Assembly: GCA_025454115.1 (NCBI GenBank)
Contig: JALOPB010000002.1
Coordinates: forward strand, 1-49,804
Direction: 5' to 3'
DNA length: 49,804 nt
From: Desulfobacterales bacterium
Lineage (GTDB): Bacteria > Desulfobacterota > Desulfobacteria > Desulfobacterales > SpSt-501
Numbering within the stretch: position 1 is the first letter of the stretch; each line of letters begins with the position of its first letter. Positions 45,391 through 49,804 of the stretch are shown piece after piece. The notes beneath the pieces were generated by a model. It did not search any database and had not been told where the DNA came from. It was given only the letters and a program-made list of their open reading frames with translations. Both the position numbers and the translations under genes were made by a program.

Positions 45391-46443
45391 ATGAACTCGA
45401 AGCTCGCCTTTAAGAATCTAATCCTGACGTTAGCCATTTGCGGAGCTCTATCCGGCGTAAACAACATCGGCCAGGCAGCCGAGGCGGTACGACCGGAGAC
45501 CCGGTCGACGGTCGCTGAAACACGAAATGGTTACTACTATACGATTCAGAAAGGTGACACCCTCTGGGATCTTTCCAGGCGATTCTCGACAACTCCCTGG
45601 GTCTGGCCGGAGCTGTGGGAGGAAAACAGCGAGACCATCGCCAACCCCCATTTGATTTACCCCGGGCAGAAGATCCGATTAACCCGCATCGCAGGAGGTC
45701 GGCCGGCTGACGTTTCGACCAGGTCAGCCGCGGAGCCACCGGTCACCGGCATTCATTACTATTTTTCAACGAGCGACCAATATGGCTTCATCCGCAAGGT
45801 GCCGGTGACGCCCGAGGGGATCATCTTCAAGTCGCAGGACTCCGGTAAGCAGATGATCAGCGAGGGCGATATCCTCTATATCCGTCCGGACCGCAATACG
45901 TCCTTGAGCCTGGGCCAGCGGTTGACGATCTACCGGACGTTCAAGCCGCTCATCGACCAGAAGACTCAGGAGCTGATCGGCACCCAGCACCTCCTGTGCG
46001 GCGTTCTGGAGATCGTCCAACGAGAGCCTCAATATGCCGTCGCCCGGGTGACGGAATCCTATCGTCCCATAGGGCTTGGGGATCTGGTGATGCCCTATCA
46101 ACGGCGCTCGCCGTACATCGAAATTCAGAACAGCCAGCCGGGAATCGACGGAAAGCTGATCGTTGCGGAAGAGCACCTGAGCATCTTTGCCGAAGCCCAC
46201 GTGGCCTTCATCAACCAGGGCCGGCGCCACGGCGTCCAACCCGGGCAGATTTACAGCATCTACCAAGCGGATGAGCACCGTTTCAGCACCGCTTCATCCG
46301 CCCAACCCATTACTATTCCAATCTATTTTGGCGAGCTGCTGGTCCTGCATACGGAAGAAGACACTTCAACGGTGGTGATTACCGATTCGAAGAAAGAATC
46401 TCGCGAGGGAACGCGGATCAGGACACCTCTGGCCTTGCGCTGA
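45391..46443 (+). CDS. LysM peptidoglycan-binding domain protein (secreted)
   Basis: Signal peptide MNSKLAFKNLILTLAICGALSGV, then a LysM domain YYTIQKGDTLWDLSRRF...NPHLIYPGQKIRL. ATG 45391 has GGAG 6 nt upstream; the ORF-track ATG is at 45373. Confidence 0.8.
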   Translation: MNSKLAFKNLILTLAICGALSGVNNIGQAAEAVRPETRSTVAETRNGYYYTIQKGDTLWDLSRRFSTTPWVWPELWEENSETIANPHLIYPGQKIRLTRIAGGRPADVSTRSAAEPPVTGIHYYFSTSDQYGFIRKVPVTPEGIIFKSQDSGKQMISEGDILYIRPDRNTSLSLGQRLTIYRTFKPLIDQKTQELIGTQHLLCGVLEIVQREPQYAVARVTESYRPIGLGDLVMPYQRRSPYIEIQNSQPGIDGKLIVAEEHLSIFAEAHVAFINQGRRHGVQPGQIYSIYQADEHRFSTASSAQPITIPIYFGELLVLHTEEDTSTVVITDSKKESREGTRIRTPLALR

Positions 46444-46472
46444 ATCCGCTGAATGCCGATACGGTTGGGCGA

Positions 46473-46509
46473 AAGGGTGCGACGGATTCCGGCGCACCCT
46501 TTTTATTTT
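46473..46509 (+). terminator. Terminator hairpin between the convergent LysM gene and purQ
   Basis: aagggtgcg (46473..46481) pairs with cgcaccctt (46493..46501), followed by tttttatttt. The T-run overlaps the purQ stop codon (46503..46505). Confidence 0.65.
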
Positions 46510-47321
46510 CCTTGCAGATATTGAACCGCATTGGAAAGCAGGCGAATGCCGACGGTCGGGCCGTCTCCGAACGGCCGGCCCTCCCGTCGAGCGCGCTCCC
46601 GCTCGCGCAGCCAGTCGGGATGGTTGGTCCAGTCGTGGTAAGCTTCCGGGTGAGGCATCAGACCGAAGATTCGGCCGGTAGGATCGCATAGGCCGGCGAT
46701 ATCGTCCACGGAACCGTTGGGGTTATGCGGAAATTGGCCGGCGGCCGGGCTGCCGTCCGGACGCGCATATCGCAGAACGATCTGATGGTCGTCCTGCAGC
46801 CGCCGGATGACGGCGCTATCGGCGTAAAGCCGACCCTCGCCGTGGCGCACGGGGAAATCGGCTTCACGCATTCCATGGGTGAAGACGCAGGGCGATTTTT
46901 CATTGACGCGCAAGTGGACCCATTGGTTGCGGAAGTTTCCGCACTCATTATGGGTTAGAGCCACGGATCGGGATTGGTAATCGCCGTCGAACCCGGGTAA
47001 AAGTCCCAGGTTCACCAGGGCCTGGAATCCATTGCAGATGCCGATAACGAGGCGTCCCTGATCGATGAATTCCAGGATCCGGTCGCCAATGCTGGTTTTC
47101 AGGCGAACCGCCTGAATGACCCCTGCGCCGTGATCATCCCCCCATCCGAAGCCTCCGATAAAAACCAGAATGTGATGGTCTTTAAGGCGGATGGAGCCGT
47201 CAATCACCGAATTGATGTGGACACAGCGGGAATCTGCCCCGGCCTTTTCAAAGGCATAGGCTGTCTCGTAGTCGCAGTTGAGGCCGAACCCGGTGAGAAC
47301 GAGAGCGTTGACCTTAGCCAT
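46503..47321 (-). CDS. purQ: Phosphoribosylformylglycinamidine synthase glutaminase subunit PurQ
   Basis: Class-I glutamine amidotransferase with GGFGWGDD, the nucleophile elbow GICNGFQAL, and MPHPE. Confidence 0.92.
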   Translation of the reverse strand: MAKVNALVLTGFGLNCDYETAYAFEKAGADSRCVHINSVIDGSIRLKDHHILVFIGGFGWGDDHGAGVIQAVRLKTSIGDRILEFIDQGRLVIGICNGFQALVNLGLLPGFDGDYQSRSVALTHNECGNFRNQWVHLRVNEKSPCVFTHGMREADFPVRHGEGRLYADSAVIRRLQDDHQIVLRYARPDGSPAAGQFPHNPNGSVDDIAGLCDPTGRIFGLMPHPEAYHDWTNHPDWLRERERARREGRPFGDGPTVGIRLLSNAVQYLQGK

Positions 47322-47403
47322 GTAATTTCCTCTTGGATGCGCGGACGAACCGAATCTGATTTAAGTGATCCCTGACAATGCCTTGAAAGCCTCCCCATCC
47401 TGG

Positions 47404-49804
47404 TCAAATCAGATGGCCGAACGGCATTTTCCAGGCACGCTTTAAATCGGAAACCGATACTGAAAGGACCGCCTCTCCCGTCAGGCCATCCGCGTTTAAA
47501 ACAGGCTCGGCGGTAACCGCCCCGATGCACGCACACGGCATGGCCTTAAATTCGGATTCGAATTCGGTTCGGCGGCTTGAATCGATGGTGACAATGAAGC
47601 GCCCTGCCGATTCCGAAAACAACAGCGTATCGTTGCGACCGACACTCTCAGCAGGTACCCTGCGCAGGTCCACGTGCATGCCGAGACCGCCGCCCATGGC
47701 CACCATGGCCAGATGAACCCCCAGGCCTCCCCGGTAGATGCCGTGTACGGAAGCCACCAGCCCCTTCGTAACGGCTTGACTGATCGCCCGATACAGCAAA
47801 ACGAAATCGCTGCTGAACACCCGGGGCACATTCAATCCCACGTAACCGAGGTGGTCGTAATACTCGGAACCGCCCAGCTCATTGCGGGTCAGGCCGACCA
47901 CATAGACCAGGTCGCCAGCCACCTTGCTGTCCATGCTGACACAACGGGTGATGTCAGGGACGACGGAAATCGTCGCGAACTGCAGCGTCTCCAGGGCCGA
48001 TACCTTGTGGGTTTCTCCGTAACGCCCTGTCAAATGCCCGTCCACGTACATGCTGTCCTTTCCCGATAGCAACGGAATTCCGTAAGCCCGGCAGATATCC
48101 CGCAACGCCCAGCAGGCCCTCACCAGCTGAGCCGCCTTAAACTTGCCGTCGGGGTTGCTTTCGGCATCAAACTGGATGTTGGGCCAGCAGAAGTTATCGA
48201 CCCCGCCGATGTGGTTCCAATCTCCGCCCACGGATAAGACCCGACGCACGGCCTCGTCGATGCTGCAAGCCGCCATGTGGTAGGCGTCGATGACGGAATA
48301 GGCCGGCAGCAGCGCCTGGGCGAAAGCCAACCCGCGCCGCGATCCCAGCAGCGGCCGCAGCACCGCGGCGTCGCTGTTGACGTCCCGCTCCGCACCGGTC
48401 AACGGTTTCACGACACTGGCCCCCTGGACTTCGTGGTCGTACTGCCGGGTGATCCATTCCGTCGAACAAACATTGGGACGCTTCAGCATATCGAGCAGAA
48501 GGCCGCCAAGGTCTCGGGAACACTTGACCACGGGTTCAACCAATCCGCGCTGCTCCGGCGCCGTCCATTCGGCATCGAACTCCCACTGCGGAAATCCGGC
48601 TTTCAGAAAGTCCATGTCCACGTATGCGCACGTTTTTCCGTCATAAGTAAGATGCAGCTTGCCGGAATCGGTATAGCGCCCGATCACCGTGCTCTCCACC
48701 GCGTGCTTGCGGGACAGCGCCAGAAATGCCTCGGCATCCTCCGGCCGAATGGCGACCGTCATACGCTCCTGGGATTCGGAAACCCATATCTCCCATTGGT
48801 CCAGCCCCTGGTACTTGAGCGGCACCCGATCGAGGGCCACCTCGGCTCCATTCGAAAACCGTGCGGATTCTCCGACCGAAGAGGACAGGCCACCGCCGCC
48901 ATTATCCGTAATAAACTGGATCAAGCCGACATCGCGGGCCTCTAACAAGAAGTCATGCATTTTCTTCTGGGTGTATGGATCGCCGATCTGGACGTGGCCC
49001 GCCGGAGTGTGCTCGGAAAAAACTTCAGAAGAAGCCGTCACGCCGTGAATGCCATCCTTGCCGACCCGGCCCCCGCACATAATGAGCAGATCATTGGGAG
49101 AGGTCTGCTTCTGCTCAGCCGGCTTTCCGACGACCCGAGCCGGCATCACACCGACCGCCGTTACGAACACCAGACATTTGCCCATGTAACCGGGATGAAA
49201 AAGCACCTGGCCGAACGTCGTGGGAATGCCGCTCTTGTTGCCGCCGTCCCGAACGCCCTCGATGACGCCGTCCAGCAATCGACGCGGATGCAGCTTCGGC
49301 ATCAGCGGCCCGGCATAATCGCGATGGCCGACGCAGAAACCGTAACCGCCCATGATGAGCTTGGAGCCTTTGCCAGTCCCCAACGGGTCTCGGTAGACGC
49401 CGACAATACCGGTGATGGCCCCGCCGTAAGCTTCCATGTTCGAGGGCGAGTTATGCGTCTCGCCGGTGATGACATAATAGTGCTCATCATCCAGGCGCCC
49501 CACGCCCGCATTGTCCCACAGGACCGAAACCACCCAGGGCTTTTTTGCTGCCAGTTCCAGCGTCGGAGCTTCAATGCAGGTCTTGAAAAGGTTGTCCACG
49601 GCCTCGTACCGGCCGCTGGCCGTCTCGCGGTAGCGGAACAGGCCGCGAAAGGTATTGTGGTTGCAATGATCGCTGCGGGCCTGGGAAATGTATTCGATTT
49701 CGACGTCGGTAGGGTCGGACAGCCCCATCTGCGCACGCTCGGACCGCACGCGCGGGTCGGAAAAATAGGCACGAATGACGGGAATGTCGTTGGGGTTCAG
49801 CGCC
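47404..49804 (-). CDS. purL: Phosphoribosylformylglycinamidine synthase subunit PurL, 5'-truncated by the window edge
   Basis: ISQARSDHCNHNTF, GETHNSPS, DNGGGGLSSS and repeated AIR-synthase-like domains. The frame stays open upstream of the ORF-track GTG (49749) to the window end (ALNPNDIPVIRAYFSDPRVRSERAQ...), so the true start lies beyond 49804. Confidence 0.93.
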   Translation of the reverse strand, partial: ALNPNDIPVIRAYFSDPRVRSERAQMGLSDPTDVEIEYISQARSDHCNHNTFRGLFRYRETASGRYEAVDNLFKTCIEAPTLELAAKKPWVVSVLWDNAGVGRLDDEHYYVITGETHNSPSNMEAYGGAITGIVGVYRDPLGTGKGSKLIMGGYGFCVGHRDYAGPLMPKLHPRRLLDGVIEGVRDGGNKSGIPTTFGQVLFHPGYMGKCLVFVTAVGVMPARVVGKPAEQKQTSPNDLLIMCGGRVGKDGIHGVTASSEVFSEHTPAGHVQIGDPYTQKKMHDFLLEARDVGLIQFITDNGGGGLSSSVGESARFSNGAEVALDRVPLKYQGLDQWEIWVSESQERMTVAIRPEDAEAFLALSRKHAVESTVIGRYTDSGKLHLTYDGKTCAYVDMDFLKAGFPQWEFDAEWTAPEQRGLVEPVVKCSRDLGGLLLDMLKRPNVCSTEWITRQYDHEVQGASVVKPLTGAERDVNSDAAVLRPLLGSRRGLAFAQALLPAYSVIDAYHMAACSIDEAVRRVLSVGGDWNHIGGVDNFCWPNIQFDAESNPDGKFKAAQLVRACWALRDICRAYGIPLLSGKDSMYVDGHLTGRYGETHKVSALETLQFATISVVPDITRCVSMDSKVAGDLVYVVGLTRNELGGSEYYDHLGYVGLNVPRVFSSDFVLLYRAISQAVTKGLVASVHGIYRGGLGVHLAMVAMGGGLGMHVDLRRVPAESVGRNDTLLFSESAGRFIVTIDSSRRTEFESEFKAMPCACIGAVTAEPVLNADGLTGEAVLSVSVSDLKRAWKMPFGHLI

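Noticed and set aside
49747-49749. GTG at 49749 as the purL start (the ORF-track start).
   Set aside because: The frame is open to the window edge, and the upstream residues (LNPNDIPVIRAYFSDPR) read like genuine PurL sequence. The gene is truncated by the window.

Overview
GC-rich bacterial chromosomal segment. Gene content and order look like a Gram-negative of the Desulfobacterota/deltaproteobacterial type, but that placement is inference only. The window is densely packed with about 50 protein genes, two tandem tRNA-Ser genes and one small ORF missing from the ORF track. Left to right: a LarE-type PP-loop sulfur transferase; a family-5 peptide/nickel ABC importer (SBP, two permeases, two ATPases); an M24 Xaa-Pro peptidase; a DUF1445 hydro-lyase; a Liv-type amino-acid ABC importer; pxpCBA (5-oxoprolinase); rplM-rpsI; a ruvC-ruvA-ruvB string that continues into a DUF62 SAM hydrolase and an unknown membrane protein; tolQ-tolR-tolA-tolB-pal-cpoB; an HD phosphohydrolase; sdhCAB (type B); a dnaX-ybaB-recR module that continues into ykgJ, a MurI-like protein and a hybrid histidine kinase; a TrmN6-like methyltransferase and a DUF721 protein; hflKC; a hidden 31-aa bS22-like ORF; an HExxH protein; an FmdB zinc ribbon; groESL; a LysM protein; and purQ plus purL (purL runs off the right edge). 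I found no rRNA, CRISPR array, transposase, integrase, phage gene or recognisable defence system, so most of the window is ordinary housekeeping DNA. The best candidate for something undescribed is at 32.5-34.7 kb. There a glutamate-racemase homologue has both catalytic Cys replaced by Ser, and its stop codon abuts or overlaps the start of a hybrid kinase that has no sensor domain. Other points worth checking: a 38-bp inverted repeat flanking 153 bp at 7.7-7.9 kb, large insertions in the SBP and one permease of the peptide ABC system, the bS22-like mini-gene, and a possible peptide/5-oxoproline/D-glutamate salvage neighbourhood. All homology calls come from by-eye motif recognition; no searches were run.
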